This document shows, piece by piece, positions 40,701 to 53,380 of a DNA stretch of 64,000 bases; position 1 is the first letter of the stretch, and every line of letters starts with the position of its first letter. Made by a program: the position numbers and the translations under genes. The DNA lies in NCBI RefSeq assembly GCF_003018235.1, contig NZ_CP027437.1; one strand, 5' to 3'. The DNA comes from Escherichia coli. Its GTDB lineage: Bacteria; Pseudomonadota; Gammaproteobacteria; Enterobacterales; Enterobacteriaceae. The notes beneath the pieces were generated by a model. The model searched no databases. It was given only the letters and a program-made list of their open reading frames with translations, and was not told the DNA's origin.

Positions 40701-40723
40701 TTGTGCTCCATTGACGGACGCGT

Positions 40724-41050
40724 TTAATGGCGATGCCCATGTCCGCGGCCTTTTCCGCGATGATCGTCACGATCGCGCCAGCCTTCACGATAGCCACGCT
40801 CATACGCTTTACGCTTATCCCAGCCACGATGGTAGCCATTATCATGACGCCACCAGCGGTTCTTACGCCATTCATAATTGCGATGCCAGTAGTCACGGTC
40901 GCGCCAGTGACCACCGTCCCAGTAATTACCGTAATGATCGCGATCGCCAATTTGTAATTTGATTGATGGCAGTAGGGTGATTTCACCTGCGTTTGCCGCA
41001 AGCGGGGTAAATGCCATCAGGGCGGCCGCCAGAAACAGTGACCTGAACAT
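40724..41050 (-). CDS. ypeC: secreted low-complexity (H/R/D/W/Y-rich) DUF2502 protein
   Basis: 108-aa ORF with signal peptide [21 protein letters not shown]. Confidence 0.8.
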
Positions 41051-41164
41051 TGTTATTCTCCTTCACGATCGAAGCCGTCAGCGGCCTGTTAACGCAATAT
41101 TACGGGGAGGTAAAGCCCCGTATCATCGCCATAACTCTTAAATCATAAAGGAGAGCATTTTTTG

Positions 41165-42421
41165 CTAAACGTTATCGTGGGGTGGCTGTTGCTTCGGACG
41201 ATTGACCATCATCATCGGCTTACCTGCTAATAACAGCCAAGCCGGAAGCATGACGATACAGAGCAGCGGTAGCAATGTGGTATTGGGTACAACGACTGCC
41301 GCCATAAAAAGACTTAACCAGCCATCACGTGTTACCACCAGCACGATGCCGAGAATAGCGCAGGAAACGGTTATTGCCGCTGGAACGGCGGGTACGTGCT
41401 CATGCAGCATCAACCCTAATGCCACGCCGACAAACACTGCCGGGAAGATTCGCCCACCGCGAAAGCCACTGGCGGCAGCAACGACCAGGGCGGCAAGTTT
41501 AATTACCGCCAGCAAAAAGTAATCGCTGGTGCTGAAAGCCTGATTTGCCACCATCTGCTGCATCTCATCCAGCCCTTTAAACAGCGAAACTGGTCCACCA
41601 ATAACCCCCAGAATACCGAGAATAAATCCGCCAATACCCAGCACGAGCACCGGATTTTTTATTTGATGCATCATCGCGTGCAACCGTGGTAAGCACCATA
41701 CGGCGACCATCCCTGCTGCGATGGCAATCGCCGCGACAATTGCACCGCTGAGAATATCGGTCATTTCCATTTTTCCGTAATGCGCAATGGGCAGTGAAAA
41801 ATGGGGATGGAAAAATAATCCGGTAGTAAGTGCACCAGCTGCTGCCGCCATTAACGGCGCAAAAAGACGATCCCATAGCGGAACTTCACTACTACCATTT
41901 AAGGTTTGCGAAAATATCAACGCCGCCGCAACAGGTGTGCCAAACAGTGCGCCGATGGTGCCGGCAGAGGCTAAAATAGTCCACTCCATTCGGTTGACGC
42001 GCGGTAACAGACGAGCGCCAATGGCAACCGCAAGGGCGATATTGACGGTCATGATCGGATGTTCCGGCCCCAGGCTGACGCCGCCAGCAAGACCGAGAAT
42101 TAATGCTACGATAAGTCCAGGTAGCGCAGAGGGCGGAACCGGTGCGCCGATCAGCGGTTCACAGGCGGGGTCTGGTCCAGCATGCCCCTGGCTGAAACGG
42201 ATAACCAACCCCACCGCAATACCTGTTAGCGTTAATATGGCGATGATCCAGAAAGGTGAATCCTGAGCTATCCCCAGAGTTCCCGGCAGTCGTTGCCAGA
42301 GCAAATTCTGTAATACCGAGGCGATTTTCATCACCACAATCAGAATAAGACTGGACGCAATCCCAATTGCCACGGCGGGGAGCGATAATAACAACATGGT
42401 TCTGGCTCGCGGATGGAGCAT
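41165..42421 (-). CDS. yfeO: putative ion channel/transporter membrane protein
   Basis: 418-aa polytopic ORF. Confidence 0.85.
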   Translation of the reverse strand: MLHPRARTMLLLSLPAVAIGIASSLILIVVMKIASVLQNLLWQRLPGTLGIAQDSPFWIIAILTLTGIAVGLVIRFSQGHAGPDPACEPLIGAPVPPSALPGLIVALILGLAGGVSLGPEHPIMTVNIALAVAIGARLLPRVNRMEWTILASAGTIGALFGTPVAAALIFSQTLNGSSEVPLWDRLFAPLMAAAAGALTTGLFFHPHFSLPIAHYGKMEMTDILSGAIVAAIAIAAGMVAVWCLPRLHAMMHQIKNPVLVLGIGGFILGILGVIGGPVSLFKGLDEMQQMVANQAFSTSDYFLLAVIKLAALVVAAASGFRGGRIFPAVFVGVALGLMLHEHVPAVPAAITVSCAILGIVLVVTRDGWLSLFMAAVVVPNTTLLPLLCIVMLPAWLLLAGKPMMMVNRPKQQPPHDNV

Positions 42422-42624
42422 GTTCTATTCCTTATGCGGGGTCAGATACTTAGTTTGCCCAGCTTGCAAAAAGGCATCGCTGCAATTGGTGCTGAAACGA
42501 TAAAGTAATTGTGTGACCCAGATCGATATTTACAGGGAGCCTGCCTTTCCGGCGTTGTTGTTATGCCCCCAGGTATTTACAGTGTGAGAAAGAATTATTT
42601 TGACTTTAGCGGAGCAGTTGAAGA

Positions 42625-43590
42625 ATGACAAAGTATGCATTAGTCGGTGATGTGGGCGGCACCAACGCACGTCTTGCTCTGTGTGATATTGCCAGTGGTG
42701 AAATCTCGCAGGCTAAGACCTATTCAGGGCTTGATTACCCCAGCCTCGAAGCGGTCATTCGCGTTTATCTTGAAGAACATAAGGTCGAGGTGAAAGACGG
42801 CTGTATTGCCATCGCTTGCCCAATTACCGGTGACTGGGTGGCAATGACCAACCATACCTGGGCGTTCTCAATTGCCGAAATGAAAAAGAATCTCGGTTTT
42901 AGCCATCTGGAAATTATTAACGATTTTACCGCTGTATCGATGGCGATCCCGATGCTGAAAAAAGAGCATCTGATTCAGTTTGGTGGCGCAGAACCGGTCG
43001 AAGGTAAGCCTATTGCGGTTTACGGTGCCGGAACGGGGCTTGGGGTTGCGCATCTGGTCCATGTCGATAAGCGTTGGGTAAGCTTGCCAGGCGAAGGCGG
43101 TCACGTTGATTTTGCGCCGAATAGTGAAGAAGAGGCCATTATCCTCGAAATACTGCGTGCAGAAATTGGTCATGTTTCGGCAGAGCGCGTGCTTTCTGGC
43201 CCTGGGCTGGTGAATTTGTATCGGGCAATTGTGAAAGCCGACAACCGCCTGCCAGAAAATCTCAAGCCAAAAGATATTACCGAACGCGCGCTGGCTGATA
43301 GCTGCACCGATTGCCGCCGCGCGTTGTCGCTGTTTTGCGTCATTATGGGACGTTTTGGCGGCAATCTGGCGCTCAATCTCGGGACATTTGGCGGCGTGTT
43401 TATTGCGGGCGGTATCGTGCCGCGCTTCCTTGAGTTCTTCAAAGCCTCCGGTTTCCGTGCCGCATTTGAAGATAAAGGGCGCTTTAAAGAATATGTCCAT
43501 GATATTCCGGTGTATCTCATCGTCCATGATAATCCGGGCCTTCTCGGTTCCGGTGCACATTTACGCCAGACCTTAGGTCACATTCTGTAA
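42625..43590 (+). CDS. glk: glucokinase
   Basis: 321-aa [24 protein letters not shown]... Confidence 0.96.
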   Translation: MTKYALVGDVGGTNARLALCDIASGEISQAKTYSGLDYPSLEAVIRVYLEEHKVEVKDGCIAIACPITGDWVAMTNHTWAFSIAEMKKNLGFSHLEIINDFTAVSMAIPMLKKEHLIQFGGAEPVEGKPIAVYGAGTGLGVAHLVHVDKRWVSLPGEGGHVDFAPNSEEEAIILEILRAEIGHVSAERVLSGPGLVNLYRAIVKADNRLPENLKPKDITERALADSCTDCRRALSLFCVIMGRFGGNLALNLGTFGGVFIAGGIVPRFLEFFKASGFRAAFEDKGRFKEYVHDIPVYLIVHDNPGLLGSGAHLRQTLGHIL

Positions 43591-43808
43591 ATCCTTCCTG
43601 TTATATCGGGAGATAACTCTCCCGATAATCTTTTAAATCATACAGTTAATTCAATTTTTCTTTGTGTCCCCTCACAAGGCCGACCTGCGTCACACTTCCG
43701 TACAGCGGGATTAATTCTCCAGTAAATGCATTATTTGTCTGGTAACGGCGATTTGTTTTGCACGTTCATAATTTCACTCGTCAACTATCACTGAACGAGG
43801 AATTAACG

Positions 43809-44135
43809 ATGAGTAAGAAACTGATTGCTTTATGTGCCTGCCCGATGGGTCTGGCTCACACCTTTATGGCCGCTCAGGCGCTGGAAGAAGCGGCGGTGGA
43901 AGCAGGCTATGAAGTGAAAATTGAAACTCAGGGCGCGGACGGCATCCAGAATCGCCTGACCGCGCAGGATATCGCCGAAGCGACCATCATCATCCACTCC
44001 GTGGCGGTTACCCCGGAAGATAACGAACGTTTCGAATCACGCGACGTTTATGAAATCACTTTGCAGGACGCAATTAAAAACGCTGCGGGCATCATCAAAG
44101 AAATCGAAGAGATGATTGCCTCTGAACAACAGTAA
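43809..44135 (+). CDS. fryB: PTS fructose-like EIIB component
   Basis: ORF track 43758..44135; ATG at 43809 gives 108 aa starting MSKKLIALCACPMG (EIIB Cys). Confidence 0.88.
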   Translation: MSKKLIALCACPMGLAHTFMAAQALEEAAVEAGYEVKIETQGADGIQNRLTAQDIAEATIIIHSVAVTPEDNERFESRDVYEITLQDAIKNAAGIIKEIEEMIASEQQ

Positions 44136-44156
44136 TATTCGACAGGGATAATTGTT

Positions 44157-45404
44157 ATGGCCATTAAAAAACGCAGTGCAACCGTTGTGCCTGGCGCATC
44201 CGGTGCGGCAGCGGCAGTTAAGAATCCGCAGGCCTCTAAAAGCAGCTTCTGGGGTGAACTCCCGCAGCATGTGATGTCAGGGATTTCACGCATGGTGCCG
44301 ACCTTAATTATGGGCGGTGTGATCCTCGCTTTCAGCCAGCTTATTGCTTATAGCTGGCTTAAAATTCCTGCTGATATCGGCATCATGGATGCTCTTAATA
44401 GCGGGAAATTCTCCGGTTTCGACCTTTCCTTACTGAAATTTGCCTGGCTGTCGCAGTCCTTCGGCGGCGTGTTGTTTGGTTTCGCCATTCCGATGTTTGC
44501 CGCTTTTGTGGCGAACTCTATCGGCGGCAAACTGGCGTTCCCGGCTGGTTTTATTGGCGGCTTGATGTCTACCCAGCCGACGCAACTGCTGAACTTCGAT
44601 CCCAGCACTATGCAATGGGCGACCTCTTCGCCGGTGCCGTCCACCTTCATTGGTGCGCTGATTATTTCTATCGTTGCTGGTTACCTTGTGAAATGGATGA
44701 ACCAGAAAATCCAGTTACCGGATTTCCTGTTAGCGTTCAAAACCACTTTTTTGCTACCGATTCTTTCCGCCATTTTTGTCATGCTGGCGATGTACTACGT
44801 CATTACCCCCTTTGGCGGCTGGATCAACGGCGGTATCCGTACCGTGCTGACTGCCGCAGGTGAGAAGGGCGCGCTAATGTATGCGATGGGGATCGCCGCG
44901 GCGACAGCAATCGACCTTGGTGGCCCGATCAACAAAGCCGCAGGTTTCGTTGCCTTCAGCTTTACCACGGACCACGTATTACCGGTCACCGCACGTTCTA
45001 TCGCTATCGTTATTCCGCCGATTGGTCTGGGTCTGGCGACCATTATTGACCGTCGTTTAACCGGCAAACGCCTGTTCAACGCTCAACTTTATCCGCAGGG
45101 TAAGACCGCGATGTTCCTGGCCTTTATGGGGATTAGTGAGGGTGCGATTCCGTTTGCGCTGGAAAGCCCCATCACCGCCATCCCGTCGTATATGGTCGGC
45201 GCGATTGTCGGCTCAACTGCAGCTGTCTGGCTGGGCGCAGTGCAATGGTTCCCGGAATCCGCTATCTGGGCATGGCCGCTGGTCACTAACCTGGGCGTCT
45301 ATATGGCGGGGATCGCGCTGGGGGCAGTCATTACTGCGCTGATGGTGGTGTTCCTGCGTCTGATGATGTTCCGTAAAGGCAAATTGTTAATCGATAGCCT
45401 GTAA
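44157..45404 (+). CDS. fryC: PTS fructose-like EIIC component
   Basis: 415-aa polytopic ORF. Confidence 0.9.
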   Translation: MAIKKRSATVVPGASGAAAAVKNPQASKSSFWGELPQHVMSGISRMVPTLIMGGVILAFSQLIAYSWLKIPADIGIMDALNSGKFSGFDLSLLKFAWLSQSFGGVLFGFAIPMFAAFVANSIGGKLAFPAGFIGGLMSTQPTQLLNFDPSTMQWATSSPVPSTFIGALIISIVAGYLVKWMNQKIQLPDFLLAFKTTFLLPILSAIFVMLAMYYVITPFGGWINGGIRTVLTAAGEKGALMYAMGIAAATAIDLGGPINKAAGFVAFSFTTDHVLPVTARSIAIVIPPIGLGLATIIDRRLTGKRLFNAQLYPQGKTAMFLAFMGISEGAIPFALESPITAIPSYMVGAIVGSTAAVWLGAVQWFPESAIWAWPLVTNLGVYMAGIALGAVITALMVVFLRLMMFRKGKLLIDSL

Positions 45405-45418
45405 GAAGGAAAATCCAG

Positions 45419-46504
45419 ATGACATTACTCGCTTCGCTGCGTGACTGGCTTAAGGCGCAACAACTGGATGCGGTGCTTCTCTCCTCACGGCAGAACAAAC
45501 AGCCGCATCTGGGGATCTCCAGCGGATCAGGCTATGTGGTGATTAGCCGTGAAAGTGCGCACATTCTGGTGGACTCGCGCTATTACGCGGATGTCGAAGC
45601 CCGCACGCAAGGTTACCAGCTACATTTGCTTGACGCGACGCACACGCTTGCAACCATCGTCAATAAAATCATTGCCGATGAGCAGTTGCAAACGCTCGGT
45701 TTTGAAGGCCAGCAGGTAAATTGGGAAACCGCGCACCGCTGGCAGTCTGAACTCAATGCGAAACTGGTAAGCGCCACGCCGGATGTGCTGCGGCAAATCA
45801 AAACGCCAGAGGAGGTGGAGAAAATCCGCCTCGCCTGTGGGATTGCCGATCGCGGAGCGGAGCATATTCGCCGCTTTATTCAGGCGGGGATGAGCGAATG
45901 CGAGATTGCTGCTGAACTGGAGTGGTTTATGCGCCAGCAGGGCGCAGAAAAAGCCTCTTTCGATACCATTGTCGCCAGTGGCTGGCGTGGGGCGCTGCCG
46001 CACGGCAAAGCCAGCGACAAGATTGTTGCAGCGGGCGAGTTTGTCACTCTCGATTTCGGTGCGCTGTATCAGGGTTACTGCTCTGATATGACGCGTACCT
46101 TGCTTGTGAATGGCGAAGGGGTGAGCGCCGAATTTCACCCGCTGTTTGACGTCTATCAGATTGTTTTGCAGGCACAGCTCGCAGCAATCTCCTCGATTCG
46201 CCCCGGCGTGCGCTGCCAGCAGGTTGACGACGCCGCGCGCCGGGTCATTACAGAAGCAGGTTATGGCGACTATTTCGGTCATAACACCGGTCATGCTATC
46301 GGTATTGAAGTCCATGAAGATCCGCGTTTTTCACCGCGGGACACCACGACGCTACAGCCAGGCATGTTACTGACCGTGGAGCCGGGGATTTATTTGCCAG
46401 GGCAAGGGGGCGTGCGCATCGAAGATGTTGTGCTGGTCACCCCGCAAGGCGCAGAAGTGCTCTACGCCATGCCGAAAACAGTGTTGCTCACGGGAGAGGC
46501 ATAA
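45419..46504 (+). CDS. ypdF: Xaa-Pro aminopeptidase (M24 family)
   Basis: 361-aa ORF inside the fry operon. Confidence 0.88.
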   Translation: MTLLASLRDWLKAQQLDAVLLSSRQNKQPHLGISSGSGYVVISRESAHILVDSRYYADVEARTQGYQLHLLDATHTLATIVNKIIADEQLQTLGFEGQQVNWETAHRWQSELNAKLVSATPDVLRQIKTPEEVEKIRLACGIADRGAEHIRRFIQAGMSECEIAAELEWFMRQQGAEKASFDTIVASGWRGALPHGKASDKIVAAGEFVTLDFGALYQGYCSDMTRTLLVNGEGVSAEFHPLFDVYQIVLQAQLAAISSIRPGVRCQQVDDAARRVITEAGYGDYFGHNTGHAIGIEVHEDPRFSPRDTTTLQPGMLLTVEPGIYLPGQGGVRIEDVVLVTPQGAEVLYAMPKTVLLTGEA

Positions 46505-47541
46505 TGGATTTATCGTTATTAAAAGCGTTGAGCGAGGCAGATGCGATCGCCTCCTCGGAACAGGAAGTGCGGCAGATCCTGCTGGAAGAAGCGGATCGCC
46601 TGCAAAAAGAAGTGCGATTTGACGGCCTGGGATCGGTGCTGATCCGCCTCAATGAATCGACAGGTCCGAAGGTGATGATCTGTGCGCATATGGATGAAGT
46701 GGGATTTATTGTACGCAGCATCTCCCGCGAAGGGGCGATCGATGTGTTGCCGGTTGGCAATGTACGCATGGCTGCCCGCCAGCTTCAGTCGGTGCGTATC
46801 ACTACCCGTGAAGAGTGCAAAATTCCAGGCCTGCTTGACGGCGACCGGCAGGGGAATGACATCAGCGCCATGCGCGTGGACATTGGTGCGCGCTCGTATG
46901 ACGAAGTGATGCAGGCGGGAATTCGTCCAGGCGATCGCGTCACCTTTGATACAACTTTTCAGGTTCTCCCTCACCAGCGGGTGATGGGGAAAGCCTTTGA
47001 TGATCGCCTCGGTTGCTATCTGCTGGTGACGTTACTACGTGAGCTGCACGACGCCGAACTGCCTGCGGAGGTGTGGCTGGTGGCCAGCTCCAGCGAAGAG
47101 GTGGGATTACGCGGCGGGCAAACCGCTACCCGTGCGGTTTCACCGGACGTTGCGATTGTGCTGGATACCGCCTGCTGGGCGAAAAACTTTGATTATGGCG
47201 CGGCTAACCATCGCCAGATTGGTAACGGCCCGATGCTGGTATTAAGCGACAAGTCGCTGATTGCGCCGCCAAAACTTACCGCGTGGATTGAAACCGTGGC
47301 GGCAGAAATTGGCGTGCCGTTACAGGCAGATATGTTCAGCAACGGCGGCACGGACGGTGGAGCGGTGCATTTAACTGACACCGGCGTACCCACGGTGGTG
47401 ATGGGGCCAGCGACGCGCCACGGACATTGTGCGGCATCGATTGCCGATTGCCGCGACATTTTGCAGATGCAGCAACTTTTATCTGCCCTTATTCAACGTC
47501 TTACCCGTGAGACGGTTGTTCAACTGACGGATTTCAGATGA
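46504..47541 (+). CDS. ypdE: M42-family aminopeptidase
   Basis: 345-aa ORF; start overlaps ypdF stop. Confidence 0.88.
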   Translation: MDLSLLKALSEADAIASSEQEVRQILLEEADRLQKEVRFDGLGSVLIRLNESTGPKVMICAHMDEVGFIVRSISREGAIDVLPVGNVRMAARQLQSVRITTREECKIPGLLDGDRQGNDISAMRVDIGARSYDEVMQAGIRPGDRVTFDTTFQVLPHQRVMGKAFDDRLGCYLLVTLLRELHDAELPAEVWLVASSSEEVGLRGGQTATRAVSPDVAIVLDTACWAKNFDYGAANHRQIGNGPMLVLSDKSLIAPPKLTAWIETVAAEIGVPLQADMFSNGGTDGGAVHLTDTGVPTVVMGPATRHGHCAASIADCRDILQMQQLLSALIQRLTRETVVQLTDFR

Positions 47542-47565
47542 TCTCCTGATTAACCCGGAGCGGTT

Positions 47566-50061
47566 ATGTTAACGATTCAATTTCTCTGTCCTTTGCCTAA
47601 CGGTATTCATGCTCGTCCGGCGTGGGAACTTAAAGAACAGTGCAGCCAGTGGCAAAGCGAAATCACTTTTATTAACCATCGCCAGAACGCAAAGGCCGAT
47701 GCGAAAAGTTCGCTGGCGCTGATTGGTACCGGCACTTTATTTAATGACAGTTGCAGCCTGAACATTAGCGGCAGCGATGAAGAGCAGGCGCGGCGCGTGC
47801 TGGAAGAGTACATCCAGGTGCGCTTTATCGACAGCGACAGCGTCCAGCCAACGCAGGCAGAACTGACGGCGCATCCGCTGCCGCGTTCATTAAGCCGTCT
47901 GAATCCTGATTTATTGTACGGCAATGTGCTGGCAAGCGGCGTCGGCGTGGGTACGCTGATCCTGTTACAGAGCGACAGCCTCGACAGTTACCGGGCGATC
48001 CCCGCCAGTGCGCAAGATTCCACCCGGCTGGAGCACAGCCTGGCAACGCTTGCCGAGCAACTGAACCAGCAGCTGCGTGAGCGTGACGGCGAAAGCAAAA
48101 CTATCCTCAGCGCCCATTTGTCGCTGATTCAGGATGATGAATTTGCAGGCAATATCCGTCGCCTTATGGCAGAACAGCATCAGGGACTGGGGGCGGCGAT
48201 CATCAGCAATATGGAGCAGGTTTGCGCCAAACTATCTGCTTCTGCCAGCGATTATCTGCGCGAGCGGGTCAGCGACATTCGCGATATCAGCGAACAGTTG
48301 CTGCATATCACCTGGCCGGAACTGAAGCCGCGCAACAATCTGGTGCTGGAAAAACCGACTATTCTGGTGGCCGAGGATTTAACCCCAAGCCAGTTTTTGA
48401 GCCTCGATTTAAAAAATCTTGCGGGCATGATTCTGGAGAAAACCGGGCGCACCTCGCATACCCTGATTCTGGCCCGCGCCTCGGCGATCCCGGTACTAAG
48501 TGGCTTGCCGCTGGATGCGATCGCGCGCTATGCCGGGCAACCGGCGGTGCTTGACGCCCAGTGCGGCGTGCTGGCGATTAATCCTGATGACGCGGTGAGC
48601 GGTTATTATCAGGTTGCGCAGACGCTGGCAGATAAACGTCAGCAGCAGCAGGCGCAGGCTGCCGCGCAGCTGGCCTATTCCCGTGATAACAAGCGCATTG
48701 ATATCGCGGCGAATATTGGCACCGCTCTGGAAGCGCCTGGCGCGTTTGCCAACGGCGCGGAAGGCGTCGGGCTGTTCCGTACCGAAATGCTCTATATGGA
48801 TCGCGACAGCGCGCCGGACGAGCAGGAGCAATTTGAAGCCTACCAGCAGGTGCTACTGGCAGCGGGCGACAAGCCGATTATCTTCCGCACAATGGACATC
48901 GGAGGCGATAAAAGCATTCCTTATCTGAATATTCCCCAGGAAGAGAACCCGTTCCTCGGCTATCGTGCGGTACGAATTTACCCGGAATTTGCTGGCCTGT
49001 TCCGCACTCAACTGCGGGCTATTTTGCGCGCCGCCAGTTTCGGCAACGCCCAGCTGATGATCCCGATGGTTCACAGCCTCGATCAGATCTTATGGGTGAA
49101 GGGTGAGATCCAAAAAGCGATCGTTGAGCTTAAACGCGATGGTCTGCGTCATGCAGAGACGATTACGCTGGGTATCATGGTGGAAGTGCCGTCGGTGTGC
49201 TACATCATCGATCACTTCTGCGATGAGGTCGATTTCTTCAGTATCGGTTCTAACGATATGACCCAGTATCTGTATGCGGTTGATCGTAATAACCCGCGCG
49301 TATCGCCGCTGTATAACCCGATTACGCCATCGTTCCTGCGCATGTTGCAGCAGATTGTTACCACTGCGCATCAGCGGGGTAAATGGGTAGGTATTTGCGG
49401 TGAACTGGGCGGTGAAAGCCGTTATCTGCCGCTACTGCTTGGGCTGGGCCTGGACGAGTTAAGTATGAGTAGCCCGCGCATTCCGGCGGTGAAAAGCCAG
49501 CTTCGTCAACTGGATAGCGAGGCGTGTCGGGAACTGGCGCGTCAGGCGTGTGAATGTCGCAGCGCGCAGGAGATTGAAGCGTTACTCACCGCCTTTACGC
49601 CGGAAGAAGACGTTCGCCCGCTGCTGGCGCTGGAGAATATCTTCGTTGATCAGGCCTTTAGCAATAAAGAGCAGGCGATCCAGTTCCTGTGCGGTAACCT
49701 CGGCGTTAACGGGCGCACTGAACATCCGTTCGAGCTGGAAGAGGATGTCTGGCAACGGGAAGAGATTGTTACCACCGGCGTTGGTTTTGGCGTAGCGATC
49801 CCGCACACCAAATCTCAGTGGATCCGTCATTCCAGTATCAGCATTGCCCGGCTGGTGAAACCGGTTGACTGGCAGTCAGAAATGGGCGAAGTCGAACTGG
49901 TGATCATGCTGACGCTGGGTGCTAACGAAGGGATGAACCATGTGAAAGTCTTCTCGCAGCTGGCGTGTAAACTGGTGAATAAAAACTTCCGCCAGTCGTT
50001 GTTTGCCGCGCAAGATGCACAAAGCATCCTGACGCTGCTGGAAACAGAATTAACCTTCTGA
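47566..50061 (+). CDS. fryA: PTS multiphosphoryl transfer protein (HPr-like, enzyme I-like and EIIA-Fru-like domains)
   Basis: 831-aa ORF; central part parallels PtsI (GGRTSHTLILARA, FRTEMLYMDR, MVEVP). Confidence 0.9.
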   Translation: MLTIQFLCPLPNGIHARPAWELKEQCSQWQSEITFINHRQNAKADAKSSLALIGTGTLFNDSCSLNISGSDEEQARRVLEEYIQVRFIDSDSVQPTQAELTAHPLPRSLSRLNPDLLYGNVLASGVGVGTLILLQSDSLDSYRAIPASAQDSTRLEHSLATLAEQLNQQLRERDGESKTILSAHLSLIQDDEFAGNIRRLMAEQHQGLGAAIISNMEQVCAKLSASASDYLRERVSDIRDISEQLLHITWPELKPRNNLVLEKPTILVAEDLTPSQFLSLDLKNLAGMILEKTGRTSHTLILARASAIPVLSGLPLDAIARYAGQPAVLDAQCGVLAINPDDAVSGYYQVAQTLADKRQQQQAQAAAQLAYSRDNKRIDIAANIGTALEAPGAFANGAEGVGLFRTEMLYMDRDSAPDEQEQFEAYQQVLLAAGDKPIIFRTMDIGGDKSIPYLNIPQEENPFLGYRAVRIYPEFAGLFRTQLRAILRAASFGNAQLMIPMVHSLDQILWVKGEIQKAIVELKRDGLRHAETITLGIMVEVPSVCYIIDHFCDEVDFFSIGSNDMTQYLYAVDRNNPRVSPLYNPITPSFLRMLQQIVTTAHQRGKWVGICGELGGESRYLPLLLGLGLDELSMSSPRIPAVKSQLRQLDSEACRELARQACECRSAQEIEALLTAFTPEEDVRPLLALENIFVDQAFSNKEQAIQFLCGNLGVNGRTEHPFELEEDVWQREEIVTTGVGFGVAIPHTKSQWIRHSSISIARLVKPVDWQSEMGEVELVIMLTLGANEGMNHVKVFSQLACKLVNKNFRQSLFAAQDAQSILTLLETELTF

Positions 50062-50063
50062 CG

Positions 50064-50921
50064 TTAGCCCTGAAAACGGGCGCTGTACTCTCCCGGCGTC
50101 AGACCAAACTGACGCCGGAAAACGCGACAAAAATAGTCGCTATCCGGAAAACCGCAACGCTGTGCCACTTCATGAATTGACAGATGATATTTCTGCAAAA
50201 TCATCCTCGCCTTCGCCATTCGCACCCAACGCACATACTCGATAAAACGCATCGTTCCATGCTGAGCAAACAGTTTTGACAGATGATTGGGCGTGATATT
50301 AAAAAACTGCGCCACGCTCTCGCGGGTGAGCGGCTGGGCATAATTATCCTGAACCCAGTTACAAATGCTGTGATAGAGAAAATCGCTGCGCGGCTGCGAA
50401 TTGCCCGGTGGCATATTCACCACGTTGCGGCAAAGATGCAGCAAACTTAACACCAGTGGCTGAATGATATTCTGCTCCAGCGGTGAACGGCTAAGATGGG
50501 TGAGGGCAGTAAGCATTGCTTCACCTTCGCCGCGTTGCAGGCTGGGAAGCTGGATCTGGCGAGCAGGATGCAACAACGACGTGGTACGGCTATCGTAAAA
50601 CGATAACCCAAGCCAGGTCGGTGCGAACACCAGGCTTAACAGCATCACCGGTTTGTTGTTGATCGGTAAATTAGCCGCGCGCGCTGGAATAAACAGCATT
50701 TCTCCTTCAACCATACGTTGCTGCTTTGCTTCCAGCAGATTGCCGTATTCGCCGCGCAGCACGATATCCAGACGGGGAAAATCAATACATAAACTGCCCA
50801 CCGGTAACGAGGCAGGCTGGCTGGCAAACCAGACGCGCCCCAGTAGTTGCGGGTTAAGCACCAGGCCGCTGAACAGATCGGCGAAAAATTGTTGATCGGC
50901 GGGCAAGCCTGGTGCTTTCAT
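50064..50921 (-). CDS. ypdC: AraC-family transcriptional regulator
   Basis: 285-aa ORF with C-terminal AraC HTH. Confidence 0.85.
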   Translation of the reverse strand: MKAPGLPADQQFFADLFSGLVLNPQLLGRVWFASQPASLPVGSLCIDFPRLDIVLRGEYGNLLEAKQQRMVEGEMLFIPARAANLPINNKPVMLLSLVFAPTWLGLSFYDSRTTSLLHPARQIQLPSLQRGEGEAMLTALTHLSRSPLEQNIIQPLVLSLLHLCRNVVNMPPGNSQPRSDFLYHSICNWVQDNYAQPLTRESVAQFFNITPNHLSKLFAQHGTMRFIEYVRWVRMAKARMILQKYHLSIHEVAQRCGFPDSDYFCRVFRRQFGLTPGEYSARFQG

Positions 50922-50933
50922 GAAAGTTCCCGA

Positions 50934-51668
50934 TTAAAGATGCATTAACTGGCGGAATTCTTTAACTTTGCTGCGGCTGACTGGCACTTCAAAATCCAGA
51001 TCTTTCAGCCGCAGAATGTAGGTGTTATTAAACCACGGTTCGATCTCGCGGATTTTGTTCAGATTGACACAAAATGAGCGATGGCAGCGGAAAAAATGCG
51101 ACGGCGGCAGCTTGCTGCAAAACTCGGTAATGTTCATCGGCATTACGTAGGATTCACGCCGCGTATAGACAAAGGTCATTTTCTCATGCGCTTCGGCGTA
51201 ATAGATATCGTTAATTGGCGTGACGATGATTCGCTCATCTTTCACCAGATTAATGGTGTCATTCTCACGCGTTACCGTCGTGGCAGGCGTACTGCTGGTC
51301 TGCTGTTGTTGCCAGGCTGCTTCCAGTTTTTGTAGCATCCCGGTAATGCGTGACTCCTGATACGGTTTGAGAATGTAGTCAAACGCCTCCAGTTCAAACG
51401 CTTCTACCGCATGTTCTTTCCATGCGGTGATAAACACAATAAACGGTTTATGGGCGAACTGGCTGATGTTTTGCGCCAGCAACACACCGTCCAGCGACGG
51501 AATATTGATATCCAGAAAAATGGCGTCGACGCGGTTATGCTGCAAAAACTTCAACACGTCCAGACCGTCGTCAAAGGTGCCGACAATCTCCATCTGGCTG
51601 TGCTCTTTAATTAGCCAGCTCAGTTCCTGTTGTGCCAGGAATTCGTCTTCAACAATGATGACTTTCAC
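50934..51668 (-). CDS. ypdB: LytTR-family response regulator
   Basis: ORF track 50934..51686; GTG at 51668 gives 244 aa (VKVIIVEDEFLAQQ); receiver domain with LytTR C-terminus. Confidence 0.85.
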   Translation of the reverse strand: MKVIIVEDEFLAQQELSWLIKEHSQMEIVGTFDDGLDVLKFLQHNRVDAIFLDINIPSLDGVLLAQNISQFAHKPFIVFITAWKEHAVEAFELEAFDYILKPYQESRITGMLQKLEAAWQQQQTSSTPATTVTRENDTINLVKDERIIVTPINDIYYAEAHEKMTFVYTRRESYVMPMNITEFCSKLPPSHFFRCHRSFCVNLNKIREIEPWFNNTYILRLKDLDFEVPVSRSKVKEFRQLMHL

Positions 51669-51682
51669 AATATCACTCCGGC

Positions 51683-53380
51683 TCAAAGCAATAACGTAGC
51701 CTGTGAGGCGACTGGGGTGCGTTGGTTAGGAATGTAAAACGCAATTTCCGTCCCCGGTTCCAGGCGGCGGATATGCAGCCCCTCGCCATACAATAACTTC
51801 ACGCGATGATGGACATTCAGCAGGCCAATTTTATTGCCCGGCATTTCGTTCGCTTCGACCCGCTCAATCACCTTTGGATCGATGCCGTGCCCGGTATCTC
51901 GCACCGCAATACGTACCCGATTACCGCACTCTGCAACGCTGATGGTGACAACGCCTTTACCTTTGCAAGGCTGGATACCGTGGACAATGGCGTTTTCCAC
52001 CAACGGCTGGATCAGCAGGCTGGGAATGCAGCAATTCACCTCTTCATCAATATCATAGATAACCGTCAGCTTGTCGCCAAAGCGGGCCTGCTCAATGGCA
52101 ATATAGTCTTTAATTTGATACAGCTCTTTTTTGATATCGATTTGCTCATCGTCTTTTAATTCAATGTTATAGCGCAGATAACGCGACAGATTAAAGATCA
52201 GCTGGCGAGCGGTATCCGGATTCAGACGGATTGACGATGAAATAGCGTTCAAAGCGTTAAACAGGAAATGGGGATTAATTTTGCTTTGCAGGGCGCGAAG
52301 CTCTGCCTTATTTGCCATTTCACGTAGCTGCTCGGCGCGTGAAACCTCCAGTTGCGTGGAGATGATTTGCGACAGACCGACCGCCATTTCCTGTAATGAT
52401 GACGTAATCTGATGCGCGTGGCAGTAGTAAATTTTCAGTGTTCCGGTCACAACGCCTTTCTCCCACAATGGGATCACCAGCATGGAATGAATCTCTGGTG
52501 TGCGGTGGGCTTCATCATTGTTTTTAATGATGATTTTTCCGTAATTCATCGCCTGTCGGGTAGTCGGGCTAATGAAGTCATCGCCATTCTGATAGTTGTG
52601 TTCACCCACGCCAACATAGGCCAGCACATGATCGGTATTGGTAATCGCCACCGCATCGGCATGAATATCATCGCGGATAATTTCACAAACTTTGCGTAAT
52701 GACTCGCTATTGACATGGCGAAACAGCGGCAGCGTTTTGTTGGCGATATCCAGCGCCAGCTTGGCCTGCCGCGCGGCGCTGGCCTCTTTTTCGCCCTCAA
52801 CGCTTTGCACCAGCAGCACAATAAAGCCGATACAGACGCTACCGAGGATCATCGGAATCCCGATTTTAGAGACGATATCGATCCCCAACGCGGTAGTTGG
52901 TGCCCAGACAATCACCAGAATCATGGTCAACGTTTCACATAACATGCCGCCGAGAATACCGACGCGCCAGCGCTGTGCTTTGGGGATTTTCAGGTTGATC
53001 CAGCCCGATATACAACCCGCCAGAATGCTGGTGATAAAGCAGGGGATCGCCGTCACGCCGCCGATATCAATTAAATACCGGTGAATACCCGCAATCACGC
53101 CGGTAATGATGCCTACCCACGGGCCAAACAGAATCCCGCCTGACATCACCGCGATAATACGAACGTTCACTAGCGAGCCTTCTACGGGAACGCCGGACCA
53201 GGTGCTGAACAGGGCGAACAGCGAGAAAATGGCGGTAACAGCGAGCAGCTCTTTTGGGGAGTGCGCCGACTTGTGCAACAGTTCGCGAAACAGGCGGATA
53301 CGGATGAGAAAGAACAGGCAGATAAGCATTAACGCTGCCCGATCGAAGACCGCCAGCAGCATGTTGAATATTTCGTGCAC
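51683..53380 (-). CDS. ypdA: LytS-type sensor histidine kinase
   Basis: 565-aa ORF, membrane N-terminus and His-kinase C-terminus. Confidence 0.88.
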
